The notes: a model not told the origin generated them from the sequence alone. 64,000 nucleotides of DNA from Octopus sinensis (GCF_006345805.1 NC_043023.1:13454001-13518000), one strand, 5' to 3'; positions 39,605 to 51,197 are shown, counted from the stretch's first letter. Numbers and translations are program-made.

Positions 39605-42328
39605 TTATAGTAATAGTAATAATAATAGTAATAATAATGATAATAATGACAATTCTTTCTACTTTAGGCCCAAGGCGTGAAATTTTGTGGGAGGGGACTA
39701 GTTGATTACATTGATCCCTGTACTTAATTTATCATTCCCAAAAATGGATGACAGGCAAAGTCAACCTCGGCAGAATTTGAACCCAGAACATGAAAATGTG
39801 CAAAATACTGCCAAGTATTTACTCCGGCATGCTAACGAGTCTGCCGGCTCACCACCTTAATAATAATAATAAGAAGAAGAAGAAGAATAGGAATAGTAGT
39901 AGTAGTAGTAGAAGTAGTAATGGTTTCAAAGTTTGGCACAAGGCCGGCAAATTCGAGGGATGTGGCAAGTCAATTACAAGAACCCCAGTAATCAGCTGGT
40001 ACTTATTTTATCGACCCTGCACAGATGAAAGGCGAAGTCGACCTCGGCAGAATTTGAACTCAGAACGTAACGACAGACGAAATAATTATTTCTTTACTAC
40101 CCACAAGGGGCTAAACACAGAGGGGACAAACAAGGGCAGACAAACGGATTAAGCTGATTATATCGACCCCGGTGCGTAACTGGTACTTATTTAATCGACC
40201 CCGAAAGGATGAAAGGCAAAATCGACCTCGGCGGAATTTGAGCTCAGAACGTAGCGACGGGCGAAATACTGCTAAGTATTTACTCCGCATGCTAACGAGT
40301 CTGCCGGCTCACCACCTTAATAATAATAATAATAAGAAGAAGAAGAAGAATAGGAATAGTAGTAGTAGTAGTAGTAGTAGAAGTAGTAATGGTTTCAAAG
40401 TTTGGCACAAGGCCGGCAAATTCGAGGGATGTGGCAAGTCAATTACAAGAACCCCAGTAATCAGCTGGTACTTATTTTATCGACCCTGCACAGATGAAAG
40501 GCGAAGTCGACCTCGGCAGAATTTGAACTCAGAACGTAACGACAGACGAAATAATTATTTCTTTACTACCCACAAGGGGCTAAACACAGAGGGGACAAAC
40601 AAGGGCAGACAAACGGATTAAGCTGATTATATCGACCCCGGTGCGTAACTGGTACTTATTTAATCGACCCCGAAAGGATGAAAGGCAAAATCGACCTCGG
40701 CGGAATTTGAGCTCAGAACGTAGCGACGGGCGAAATACTGCTAAGTATTTACTCCGCATGCTAACGAGTCTGCCGGCTCACCACCTTAATAATAATAATA
40801 AGAAGAAGAAGAAGAATAGGAATAGTAGTAGTAGTAGTAGTAGTAGAAGTAGTAATGGTTTCAAAGTTTGGCACAAGGCCGGCAAATTCGAGGGATGTGG
40901 CAAGTCAATTACAAGAACCCCAGTAATCAGCTGGTACTTATTTTATCGACCCTGCACAGATGAAAGGCGAAGTCGACCTCGGCAGAATTTGAACTCAGAA
41001 CGTAACGACAGACGAAATAATTATTTCTTTACTACCCACAAGGGGCTAAACACAGAGGGGACAAACAAGGGCAGACAAACGGATTAAGCTGATTATATCG
41101 ACCCCGGTGCGTAACTGGTACTTATTTAATCGACCCCGAAAGGATGAAAGGCAAAATCGACCTCGGCGGAATTTGAGCTCAGAACGTAGCGACGGGCGAA
41201 ATACTGCTAAGCATTTCATCCAGCATGCTAACGAGTCTCCCAGATCTCTAGTAGAAGACATTTGCTCAAGGTGTCATGCAATGGAACTGAACCCGGAACC
41301 ATGTGGTTGGGAAGCAAGCTTCTCACCACACAATCACTCCTGTGTCACTTACTCTTTTACTCGTTTCAGTCATTTGACTGTGGTCATGCTGGAGCACTGC
41401 CTCTAGTCAAGCAAATCGACCCCAGGACTTATTCTTATGTAAGCCGAGTACTTATTCTATCGGTCGCTTTTGCCGAACCGCTAAGTTATGGGGACGTAAA
41501 CACACCAGCATAAGTTGTCAAGTGAAGTTGGGGGGACAAACACAGACACACAAACATACACACATATATACATATATACGATGGGCTTCTTTCAGTTTCC
41601 GTCTACCAAATCCACTCACAAGGCTTTGGTCGGCCCGAGGTTATAGTAGAAGACACTTGCCCAAGGTGCCACGCAGTGGGACTGAACCCGGAACCATGTG
41701 GTTGGTAAGCAAGCTACTTACCACACAGCCACTCCTTGTCCAAATTCTTCAACTGTCTCTTCTCTGTCATTTTCAGATCCCAGACTACCGTAATGCCGTC
41801 ATCGTCTCTCGCAACGCAAATTCGGTGAAGCGTGTCACGTCGTATGCAGAGCGTCTAGGCCTGGGCATTGCTGTGATCCATGGTGAGGAGAAAGAGGCTA
41901 ACAGCGAGGATGGCCGCAACTCACCCCCTTTACCTGGTCAGGACCGCGGCCGGCTGATCTACGAACTGGAGTACCTGCCAAGTATGTCCTCCGCTGTAGA
42001 TGTTCTTGCTATTGTCATCATTATCATCACCATCATCACCATCATCATCACCATCATTATCATCATCATTACCATCATCATCACCATCATCATCATCATT
42101 ATCATCATCGTCATTACCACCATCACCATCATCATCATCATCATTACCATCACCATCATCATCTTCACCATTATCATCACCATCATCATCATCATCATCA
42201 TCTCTGTCATCATCATCATCACCATCATCAACATCTCTGTCATCATCATCATCACCACCTTCATCATCATCACCATCATTACAACCACCATCATCATCAT
42301 CGTCATTACCACCATCATCATCATCACC

Positions 42329-42359
<31 letters not shown>

Positions 42360-45300
42360 CCATCATCATCATCATCTCTGTCATCATCATCGTCATCACC
42401 ATTATCATCATCGTCATTACCACCATCATTATCATTACAATCATCATCATCGTCATTATCATCATCATCACCACCATCATCATCATCACCAACACCAACA
42501 CTTAGATCTTCGTATCTTACAATTACATATTTGTATGTATATGTATACATACGTACACGCATTCTATGTCTGTCTGTTTGTCTTTTCTGCAGTGCTACAA
42601 GCTAAAGAAAAACCCCCTCTAAATGTGGTTGGTGACGTAGGAGGCCGAATCGCCATTATTGTGGTAGGTTGCAACGACCCTTTTTGGATTCTAACTTATC
42701 CCAAAGTAATTTCAATTAAAACCTCCCAATCAAAATTTCAGTTAATTTCGACATTATTAATCTGGCGTTTGAAACATAAATTATACATAAATTACACATA
42801 AATTAACATAAATTAACATAAATTAACATAAATTAACATAAATTTTGAAGGAAAGTTTTAATTTAAATCACTTTAACCCTTTTTTTTAAAGCATATTTCA
42901 GTGTTTTTAGTGTTTCAGTTTTTTGGTCATTTGTTTTTCATACTAAGAATGGACTTTAATCAATTATATATTTTCCATTTTCTTTGATGACCTTTTGCCA
43001 TCTTTCTGGCAACTTCATGATTCTGCACTCAAAGAACTTCTGGTCCTTATCGACCAAAAACTGAAGCAAGGGCGATGGCTTCCATACCAGTGGCACGTAA
43101 AAAGCACCATTCGAGCGTGATAATTACAAGTGTTGCCTTACTGACACTTGTGCCGGTGGCACGTGAAAAAACATTCGAGCGAGGTCGTTGCCAGTGTTGC
43201 TGAACTGACTCCTGTGCAGGTGGCATGTAAAAAACACCATTTCGAGCGTGGCCGTTGCCAGTAATACCAGACTGGCCCTCGTGCCAGTGGCACATAAAAG
43301 CACCCACGACTCTCTCAGAGTGGTTGGCATTAGGAAGGGAATCCAGCTGTAGAAACACTGCCAGATCAGATTGGAGTCTGGTGCAGCCATCTGGTTCGCC
43401 AGTCCTCAGTCAAATTGTCCAACCCATGCTAGCATGGAAAGCGGACGTTAAATGATGATGATGATATCATTATTATTATTATTATTATGGCAACAGCTAC
43501 GCTCAAATGGAGCACATAAAAAACACCATTTCGAGCGTGGCCGTTGCCAGTAATACCAGACTGGCCCTCGTGCCAGTGGCACATAAAAGCACCTACGACT
43601 CTCTCAGAGTGGTTGGCATTAGGAAGGGCATCCAGCTGTAGAAACTCTGCCAGATCAAAATTGGAGTCTGGTGCAGCCATCTGGTTCGCCAGTCCTCAGT
43701 CAAATTGTCCAACCCATGCTAGCATGGAAAGCGGACGTTAAATGATGATGATAATATCATTATTATTATTATATCATTATTATTATTATTATTATGGCAA
43801 CAGCTACGCTCAAATGGAGCACATAAAAAACACCATTTCGAGCGTGGCCGTTGCCAGTACCACCTGACTGACCCATGTGCCGGTGGCACATAAAAGCACC
43901 CACTACACTTTATTTGTAAATAAATGGCAATAAAACAACACCAGAATGTAAAGAATAATTTATGTTAAGTAAAAACAATCTCCAGATCATTTAGAATAAG
44001 AAAAATTTATATATACAATAATGTCTCGATATATGAGTTTATTTGTTCCTAGAGATTGCTCTCTCAACTACCAGACTTGCTCATCATAGGTAAACTATCA
44101 GACAGAATCGCTAAAATATTTCAGAACAGAGCATCCCTCTGGCTTCCGTGCTGGTGGCATGTAAAAAGCATCATTTGAGCGTTATCGTTACCAGCGTCGC
44201 CTTATTGGCACTTGTGCCGGTGGCATGTGAACAAAACATTCGAGCGGGGTCGTTGCCAGTGCTGCTTGACTGACTCCTGTGCAGGTGGCACATAAAAAAC
44301 ACCGTTTGAGCGTGGCCATTACCAGTACCACCTGACTGGCCCCGTGCCGGTGGCATGTAAAAGCACCCACTACACTCTCGGAGTGGTTGGCGTTAGGAAG
44401 GGCATCCACCTGTAGAAACTCTGCCAGATCAAGATTGAAGCCTGGTGCAGCCATCTGGTTCGCCAGCCCTCAGTCAAGTCATCCAACCCATGCTAGCATG
44501 GAAAGCGGACGTTAAACAATGATGATGATGATGATTTCTGTAGAAATACGGTGCCATTGTTTCAATTAATTTTTAAAATAACGAAGAATTTAGTAAAATA
44601 ATTTTGTCATTACTAATCTAGTGTTTGGAACATAAATTAAACATAAATTAACATAAATTAACTTGAAATTTTGATCGAAGGTCTTAATTTAGACCACCTT
44701 AACCCTTTTCTTAGCATATTTCTGTAGAAATACGCAGACTTTGTTTCAGTTTTTGGCAATAATGAAGAATTTATTCAAATGACTTTGTCCTAATTAAGCC
44801 GGTATTCGGAACATGAATTAAAACGAAATGGTTGACTAACAAAACAAACATTTTCGTTCCAGCACACGATCTCAGATCAAGTCACTTGCTATGCAAGTAC
44901 ATCTCCGTAAACATTTATTTGTTAATGGTTTTTTTTTTTTTAATTCTCTGACATCTTCATGTTGTATTATTTGCAGGACGATATGGTGGATGAAGTGAGA
45001 CCATTTGTGAAAATAGCCGAGGCTTTGAAGAACAGAGGTGCTTACAAAATCTACGTGATGGCCACACATGGCATCCTGTCGTCAGATGCTCCCAAACTTA
45101 TTGAAGAATCTCCCATCGATGAGGTTTGTATGCTTAAGGGCTCAATCATAGCAGTACCCTCTTTATTTCCTCTCCCTTTTTTTTTTATCTCTCCTCTCTC
45201 TTTCTCTCTGTTTCATTCTCTTTTTCCTTTCCCTTTCTCTCTTTTCGAATAATGTGGCCAATGCCAGTACCCTCTGACTAGCACGTAAAAAGCACTATCC

Positions 45301-46254
45301 AAACGTGATCAATGCCAGGCTCGCCTGACTGATTCTGTGCCGGTGGCATGTAAATAGCACCCACTATACTCACAGAATGGTTGGCATTAGGAAGGGCATC
45401 CAGCTGTAGAAACACTGCCAGATTTGACTGGAGCCTGGTGCAGCCGCCTGGCTTCCCAGACCTCAGTCAAACCATCCAACCCATGCCAAAGGGAAAACGG
45501 ATGTTAAGCAGTGATGATGATGCGTAAGCCCACCTATTGCGGGAGGTTTTGGAACGTAACACCCACGATATTCAAGGCGGCGAGCTTGCTGAAAGTTAGC
45601 ACGCCGGGCGAAATGCGTAGCCGTATTTCGTCTGCCGTTACGTTCGTCTGCGGAATTTGAACTCAGAACGTAGCATTTCGCCCGGCGTGCTAACGTTTCT
45701 GCCAGCTCACCGCCTTACGTCGATAAATTAAGTACCAGTTACGCACTGGGGTCGATGTAATCGACTTAATCCGTTTGTCTGTCCTTGTTTGTCCCCTCTG
45801 TGTTTAGCCCCTTGTGGGTAGTAAAGAAATAGGTATTTCTTCTACTGCTATGTTCTGAGTTCAAATTCCGCCGAGGTTGACTTTGCCTTTCATCCTTTCA
45901 GGGTCGATAAATTAAGTACCAGTTACGCACTGGGGTCAATGTAATCGACTTAATACCTATGTCTGTCCTTGTTTGTCCCCTCTGTGTTTAGCCCCCTTGT
46001 GGGTAGTAAAGAAATAGATATTCAAGGGATTGCTGTATGTCATGTCATTTCATTCTATTTTCACTTTCACTTTCTGTCTCTCTCTTTTCGTGCAGGTGGT
46101 TGTAACCAACACGATACCCCATGACATCCAGAAGCTCCAGTGTCACAAGATCAAGACGGTCGATGTCAGCGTGATGCTGGTGGAGGCCATTCGCAGAATA
46201 CACTACGGCGAATCCATGTCATATCTGTTCAAAAACATAGGATACAATGATTAG
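18034..46254 (+). CDS. PRPSAP2: Phosphoribosyl pyrophosphate synthase-associated protein (PAP39/PAP41-like), 9 coding exons, 369 aa
   Basis: Exons 18034-18152, 28300-28352, 31578-31644, 36254-36426, 37719-37834, 41777-41981, 42593-42663, 44977-45123 and 46096-46254 total 1110 nt. All introns are GT-AG with consistent phases. Motifs [47 protein letters not shown] and [16 protein letters not shown] match vertebrate PRPSAP1/2. It is probably co-orthologous to both, so the symbol is nominal. An alternative start exists at 18100. Confidence 0.95.
18303..19075. repeat. Compound VNTR in intron 1, ~13 copies of cacctgtgttcacatttgtgt separated by (TA/TG)n
   Basis: Constant ~21-bp core with variable dinucleotide spacers. 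Confidence 0.9.
19129..19343. mobile_element. Mariner-like MITE
   Basis: Imperfect TIRs gaggggggtcgctgaaaggttcctgg / ccaggaacctttgaacaccctctc in a TA context. Confidence 0.65.
19594..19769. mobile_element. Mariner-like MITE (same family as 19129-19343)
   Basis: TA-cgaaggttg..gaaaagttt / acttttcagcaaccccctcg-TA. Confidence 0.65.
22602..23219. mobile_element. Fold-back/TIR element with ~95-bp terminal inverted repeats
   Basis: 22602-22700 is the reverse complement of 23125-23219. The ~420-bp interior is non-coding. Confidence 0.75.
23302..23469. mobile_element. Small MITE with GC-rich TIRs
   Basis: tggtcccggtgcgcgcactcgcgta ... tacgcgagtgcgcgcaccgggacca. Confidence 0.75.
23722..24822. mobile_element. 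~420-bp MITE (TIR ttttcggtttgaacggcagtttt) interrupted by an S1 SINE
   Basis: TIRs at both ends. The intact ccagtatacgaag junction, seen in the copies at 59-61 kb, is split here by the insertion at 24070-24749. Confidence 0.8.
24070..24749 (+). mobile_element. S1 SINE with its 3' ~140 bp present three times
   Basis: Full head at 24070; the block cttagcggttcggcaaaa...gactgaaacaa occurs three times. Confidence 0.85.
25165..26300. repeat. ~149-bp minisatellite, about 8 units, with a 298-bp dimer periodicity
   Basis: Unit gtgtatctaggactacattatctaatgt...ctatgatcaaagatgttccagctgtgaccatc. Identical spurious ORFs at 25395 and 25693 mark the 298-bp period. Further copies at 36485-36785. Confidence 0.9.
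26920..27820 (-). mobile_element. RTE-clade LINE 3' fragment (ORF C-terminus, VNTR-containing 3' UTR, (ATG)n tail)
   Basis: Minus-strand [45 protein letters not shown] is typical of RTE ORF ends. It is followed by ~50-bp repeats and ...ggacgttaaacgatgatg. Tail-only copies lie at 26515, 30705, 43075, 43515, 44145 and 45262. Confidence 0.75.
28300..28352 (+). CDS. PRPSAP2: PRPSAP coding exon 2 (53 nt)
   Basis: tag|T CGT CTC GGT ATC AAG...AGG G|gtaagt encodes (D)[17 protein letters not shown](E) and bridges the phases of exons 1 and 3. Confidence 0.9.
28975..29391 (+). mobile_element. tRNA-derived SINE, family S2, with an internal duplication
   Basis: Head aaggcggcgagctggcagaaacgttagc, B-box gagttcaaattcc, body gtcgactttgcctttcatcc...gggtagtaaagaaata. 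Other copies at 16340-16800, 17090-17290, 39370-41235, 45574-46016 and 49135-49357. Confidence 0.8.
29431..29518 (-). ncRNA. Degenerate type I hammerhead-like motif
   Basis: Minus strand: CUGAUGA (29505-29511)...GAAAC agcu GUA aggug. Stem III is the palindrome ACAGCUGU; stems I and II are imperfect. Confidence 0.45.
29780..30079 (+). mobile_element. tRNA-headed SINE, head B with tail Z
   Basis: tggaggtgcaatggcccagtgg...gtgtcgattccc head. An inverted full copy lies at 51545-51847. Confidence 0.8.
30705..31345 (-). repeat. RTE-type tail with an expanded ~57-bp VNTR
   Basis: About 8 units of ggtgctttttacgtgccacc.gcacggaagccagtcgag..ctggcttcggccacgattcggat adjoining the RTE-type tail. Confidence 0.8.
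31578..31644 (+). CDS. PRPSAP2: PRPSAP coding exon 3
   Basis: (E)[21 protein letters not shown](K); acceptor tttgcag, donor gtaagt. Confidence 0.95.
32925..33870 (-). mobile_element. Three tandem 3' fragments of a CR1-like LINE
   Basis: Minus-strand [21 protein letters not shown] / [31 protein letters not shown] match CR1-type RT C-termini. Period ~335 bp, (AACTT)n-type tail. Confidence 0.75.
35001..36082 (+). mobile_element. 5'-truncated Tx1/L1-like LINE (ORF2 C-terminal CCHC region plus 3' UTR) flanked by (TATC)n
   Basis: [16 protein letters not shown]...[18 protein letters not shown] is a zf-RVT-like knuckle. The same 3' UTR recurs at ~32225, ~32530 and ~34190. Confidence 0.8.
36254..36426 (+). 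CDS. PRPSAP2: PRPSAP coding exon 4
   Basis: [57 protein letters not shown](G); GT-AG boundaries. Confidence 0.95.
37719..37834 (+). CDS. PRPSAP2: PRPSAP coding exon 5
   Basis: [38 protein letters not shown]; GT-AG boundaries. Confidence 0.95.
38333..38672 (+). mobile_element. CORE-like tRNA SINE with tail Y
   Basis: Same central block as 15938-16257 but a different tail (...cccatggtcattcatgaccgaagggggtcttta). An inverted copy lies at 54358-54682. Confidence 0.75.
39810..41235 (-). repeat. Near-identical tandem triplication (~460-469 bp) of S2 SINE pieces plus microsatellites
   Basis: Units differ essentially only in (AAT)n and (AGT)n length. Confidence 0.9.
41777..41981 (+). CDS. PRPSAP2: PRPSAP coding exon 6
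   Basis: [40 protein letters not shown]...[10 protein letters not shown]...LEYLP; donor gtatgt at 41982. Confidence 0.95.
42013..42500. repeat. Long imperfect (ATC/ACC/ATT)n microsatellite in intron 6
   Basis: ~490 bp of trinucleotide repeat, the source of the poly-Ile, poly-Asp and poly-Met ORFs in the track. Confidence 0.95.
42593..42663 (+). CDS. PRPSAP2: PRPSAP coding exon 7
   Basis: (M)[23 protein letters not shown]; GT-AG boundaries. Confidence 0.95.
44977..45123 (+). CDS. PRPSAP2: PRPSAP coding exon 8
   Basis: [49 protein letters not shown]; GT-AG boundaries. Confidence 0.95.
46096..46254 (+). CDS. PRPSAP2: PRPSAP coding exon 9 (terminal)
   Basis: [52 protein letters not shown]. 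Confidence 0.95.
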   Translation: MVVTNTIPHDIQKLQCHKIKTVDVSVMLVEAIRRIHYGESMSYLFKNIGYND

Positions 46255-46838
46255 ATCCCTCTTCCCTCTGTCTCTCTCTCTCTCCCTGTTCCCCCTCTCA
46301 CCCCACCCTCTACATATCCCTGGGTTTCTTGTCTCCGAAGACCTTGTCGTCTTAGCCTTGGCCTCGACATGCATGTCTGTCTGTCTGTTTGTCTTGCTAC
46401 CTCTGTCTCCCTCCCTTTCTGTGTCTGTTTGTCTGAAGGGGGTGTGTTTCATTCTGGAGAACGAAGGAAGGGGTTTTCCGGGCGTTGTGCATGGGTGCAC
46501 GTAGAAACAGAAGAAACGTGTGTGTGTGTGTGTATAAATGTAGGCAAGCATATATTTTTGTGTGTTTGTGTATGTGTGCGTAGAAGCATAACCAGAAATG
46601 TGTGTGTGTGTGTATTACACATACATACACATACACATACATATATATATACACACACATACACATACATTTGTATATATATATACACATACACACACAT
46701 ATATATATATATACATACATACATATTTGTATTTATATATACACACATATACATATGTATATATATATATATATACACATACACACACAAATATATATAC
46801 ACATACACACACATAATATACATACACACATACACGTG

Positions 46839-46879
<41 letters not shown>

Positions 46880-47269
46880 AACACACACACATATATATAT
46901 TCTATATTGGTGTTAGGATTGGACATCTGGATATAGAAATTATACCAAAGCAGATGTAAAACCTGACGGAACCCTCTGGTTTGTCAGTTCTTATCAAACT
47001 GTCTGACCCTTGCTTGCATTGCAAAAAAAAATGATGTAAAATGATGTGGATGCATGTCATATATATACATATATATATATATTATATATATATATAAGTG
47101 AGAGAGAGAGAGCAAGCAAGATAGATTCACAGGCAGACTGTGTGTAGAATAATGAGGAAATGTGTGTATATAGTACAGATACGATTTGTGTGTGGTGTGT
47201 CTCTGTTTGCACAATTATTGGCAGAGGTGTATAGTTTTGCATAGTTATGTATAGAGGTGTATATTTTTT

Positions 47270-47309
<40 letters not shown>

Positions 47310-47407
47310 TCAATATAGGGTGGCAAAAAAAATTTTGTAGAATTTTTTTGCCACCAGCGGCCTAGTGGGAAAAAATTAAATAGTCATAGACCATTTTTAA
47401 GTTCAAC

Positions 47408-47644
47408 ATCAACAATCAAGGAACGGCCATAATAGGCCATTCACCCACTAGAAATAACAGCCAAAGCTTCAACCACAAATAAAAGTCAATTCCGTAAACA
47501 GGAGAAAATTTTAAAAAATTTAAAAATTTAAATGTTTTTTAAATTTTCTCCTGTTTACGGAATTGACTTTTATTTGCGGTTGAAGCTTTGGCTGTTATTT
47601 CTAGTGGGTGAATGGCCTATTATGGCCGTTCCTTGATTGTTGAT
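47408..47644. repeat. Palindrome with ~105-bp arms
   Basis: atcaacaatcaaggaacggcc...gagaaaattt pairs with aaattttctc...ggccgttccttgattgttgat across an A/T-rich centre. Confidence 0.9.
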
Positions 47645-47662
47645 ATATATATATATATATAT

Positions 47663-48029
47663 AATGGTTGTATACTGTCAATTTAACGTGACAGTAGGGA
47701 ATTACACCACCGCTATATAGCCCTAGGAAGCATCGACACTTCCTGTCGGCTTTGACACATTTCCTGTGTTCTTATATATTTATGAAGGGGAGACAAGTAC
47801 CCCCAACAGCTAGGCCTGCATCTAGAGACACGCATGTTTCAGGGTCTTTGCCCACCATGCGTGTCTCTAGATGCAGCCCTAGCTGTTGGGGGTGTTTGTC
47901 TCCCCTTCATAAATATATAAGAACACAGGAAATGTGTCGAAGCCATTAGGAAGCGTTGATGCTTCCCAGGGCTATATAGCGGTGGTGTAATTCCCTACTG
48001 TCACGTTAAATTGACAGTATACAACCATT
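47663..48029. repeat. Palindrome with ~174-bp arms and a 19-nt spacer
   Basis: Arms 47663-47836 and 47856-48029 with several mismatches; spacer tttcagggtctttgcccac. Confidence 0.9.
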
Positions 48030-48189
48030 CTATCGCCCCCACCGCCGTACATATCTCTCTGAGATATTTAGAAATTTAATATTTCTGATATATATATATA
48101 TGAGAAAGTTCTTGGTGCAGTATTATATATATACACCGGCGATAATTTATTTTATCGCCTTTTGACTATGTTTATGTATATATATATAT

Positions 48190-48335
48190 ATATGAAAGGA
48201 GTAAAGATGGCTTTTTTTTCAAGGGATAATTTAAATTTTAATCTTGATAATAGTGTTCACAGTAAACACAATTATCAAGGTTAAAATTAAAATTATCCCT
48301 TGAAAAAATGCCATCTCTACTCAATCTTTCATATA
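48190..48335. repeat. Imperfect AT-rich palindrome
   Basis: gatggc..tttttcaagggataattt..ttgataat pairs with attatcaag..aattatcccttgaaaaa..gccatc. Confidence 0.8.
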
Positions 48336-48340
48336 TATAT

Positions 48341-48409
<69 letters not shown>

Positions 48410-48483
48410 ATGTATTATGTAGTATGTATATATATATATGTATTATGTATATATGTAGTATGTATATGTATATATGTAGTATG

Positions 48484-48514
<31 letters not shown>

Positions 48515-48634
48515 GTGTGTGTGGGTGTGTACTGGAAATATATATACATTAGGAGAGAATTACAAATAAATAAAAAATGTAGTTTAAACACATTTATTAA
48601 ACTTTCAGACCCTTCTGTGATTCTTGGGCCACCT

Positions 48635-48693
<59 letters not shown>

Positions 48694-49611
48694 GCATATA
48701 TAATCCTTCATGCTAGTTCATCACTCACCTAGTCCCTAATCCTTTGGTAATTTTCACAGAATTCAATCTGTTTTAAGCATTAGGAGCCAGAATAACACTC
48801 CCCCCCTTTTTCCTCCCCACCTTTTCCTATTATGACCACTCATGTTGACCCTTAAAAACTGGGTGTTATGGGGGTCGGCCCTTTCTCCCTTTGACCAAGC
48901 AAGGTAAAGTAGTTTTTGAGTAGAGGTTTGTATATACATACATATATATAGTATATATATATAGTATTGTGTGTAGCACTTTGTGTTGGGGTATATATTT
49001 TTATCTGTGGGTGTATATGTCACGGGAATGTGTGTGTATAATTTGGACTGTTTTTAATTCCCTCTTACACGTGTTTCGTTGCAGTATGAGAAAAAAGAAA
49101 ATGAAATGTAAATATTTATAATAATTATAATAATGATCCTTTCTGGTGTAGGCACAAGACCTGGAATTTTCGGGGGGTAGGGGTATAAGTTGATCGCATC
49201 AGTCCCAGTACTTGACTGGTACTCAATTTATCGACCCCCGGAAGCATGAGAGGCAAAGACAACTTTGGCAGGATTTGAACTCAGAACGTAGCAACAGGCG
49301 AAATAACACTAAGTGTTTTGTCCAGCGTGCTAAGGATTCTGCTTGCTCGCTGCCTTAATAATAATAATAATATAATAATAATAATAATAGCAATAATATA
49401 AATATTATAAATATATTAAATTCATAATAGGTATGTACATGTAGAAAAACCTGTGTCTGTAGGTATATGTATATATATAAATATGTATGTATGTATATGT
49501 CTGCATGTACGTACATATATGTATGTGTACGTATGTCTATATGTATATATATGTGTATGTATACATGCATGTATATGTATGTATATATATATATGTGTAT
49601 GTATGTATGTG

Positions 49612-49644
<33 letters not shown>

Positions 49645-49652
<8 letters not shown>

Positions 49653-49815
49653 CAAATGAAAAACAGGACACAAAGGATGTTGCGGTACATATGTTTCAGG
49701 CTTTATAGAACAACTTATTCTTACATCAATGCATGTAAGAATAAGTTGTTCTATAAAGCCCGAAACATATGTACCGCAACGTCCTTTGTGTCCTGTTTTT
49801 CATTTGATACATATA
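49645..49815. repeat. Palindrome with ~80-bp arms and a 6-nt loop; carries a hammerhead 3' half
   Basis: Arms mirror around caatgc. GAAACATATGTA lies at 49762-49773 and its mirror at 49686-49697. Confidence 0.9.
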
Positions 49816-50739
49816 TCCTCTCACCTATGCTACTAGCTGGCATATACAGGTGCTTCCATTTATCAAGTATTCACCCTGAATTTATATATACATATATATA
49901 TATATTATATATATATATATATATTATATATATATATTATATAATATATATATATATATATATACATACACACACACACACACAACAATGAAAGCATTTA
50001 ATATATTTCAGATTTTGGCTAATGTGTAGTAAGAAAGACATTACCATACACAAGACCTACATATATATATATATATATACACACACTTTGTCGTGCTACT
50101 AGGGACTTCATATCTTTGCATATCTTTACATACATGCATACATACCTACACACATATATACATACACACATGCATACATATATACATGCATACATACACA
50201 CATACATACATACACACATACATGCATGCATATACACATACATACATACATGCATACATATATAAATACATACACACATGCATATACACATACATACACA
50301 CACACATACATACACACATACGCACACATACATATATACATACACACACATACATATATACATACACACACACATACATACACACACACATACATACACA
50401 CACACATACATACACACATACGCACACATACATATATACATACACACACACATACATACACACATACATACATACACACACACAGACATACACACACACA
50501 CATACATACACACATACGCACACATACATATATACATACATACATACACACATACATACATACACACATACATACACACACACACACACATACATACACA
50601 GATTCTCTCTCTCACACACACACACACATGTTTGTGATATATACAAATGCACACACATATACAAGCTCCGATCAAAAAAAGTTCTGGGGTCGGTTATAAA
50701 AAAAAAAAAGGGAGCAACTGCCCCACATATCAATTTTGC

Positions 50740-50930
50740 GTCAATCTCCTTCGAAGGAGTCCCCTTCTGAGGCGACGCACCTTATCCAGTCTCATTTCCA
50801 GTGGAGGAATCTTGCCTGTGACTCCCTTTTTTGGTGGGGACAGCGAGCAGCTCCCTCATCGCATTCCCCTGGATTTCCTCGATGTCTTTGAAGGTATTTC
50901 CCTTTCAAGTGGAATTGGATTTTTGGAAAG
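50740..50930 (-). mobile_element. Mariner transposase C-terminal relic (frameshifted)
   Basis: Minus-strand pieces FPKIQFHLKGK / FKDIEEIQGNAMRELLAVP / WIRCVASEGDSFEGD* match mariner C-termini. Confidence 0.7.
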
Positions 50931-51197
50931 ATTTTTGGCTGTAATAACCTTCAAACTGTCTCTCTTATCATGCATACACTCTCTCACACACACATACAGT
51001 GACACACTGACACACATACATGTGTGTGTATATATATATATATATATATAAAAGAGCAATAAAGATTCAAGTTAATTTAAATGAATTTACTTGAATATGG
51101 TACCTAACTTAGATGCACCAAAAAAACTATACTGATTTAACAATACAGTAATGTGGGGTGATTATAAGCGAGAAAGAAGCAACAAGAATGGATAGGT

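Noticed and set aside
41522-42505. 327-aa ORF as a separate gene
   Set aside because: It is a chimera of SINE sequence, PRPSAP exon 6 and an intronic (ATC)n tract.
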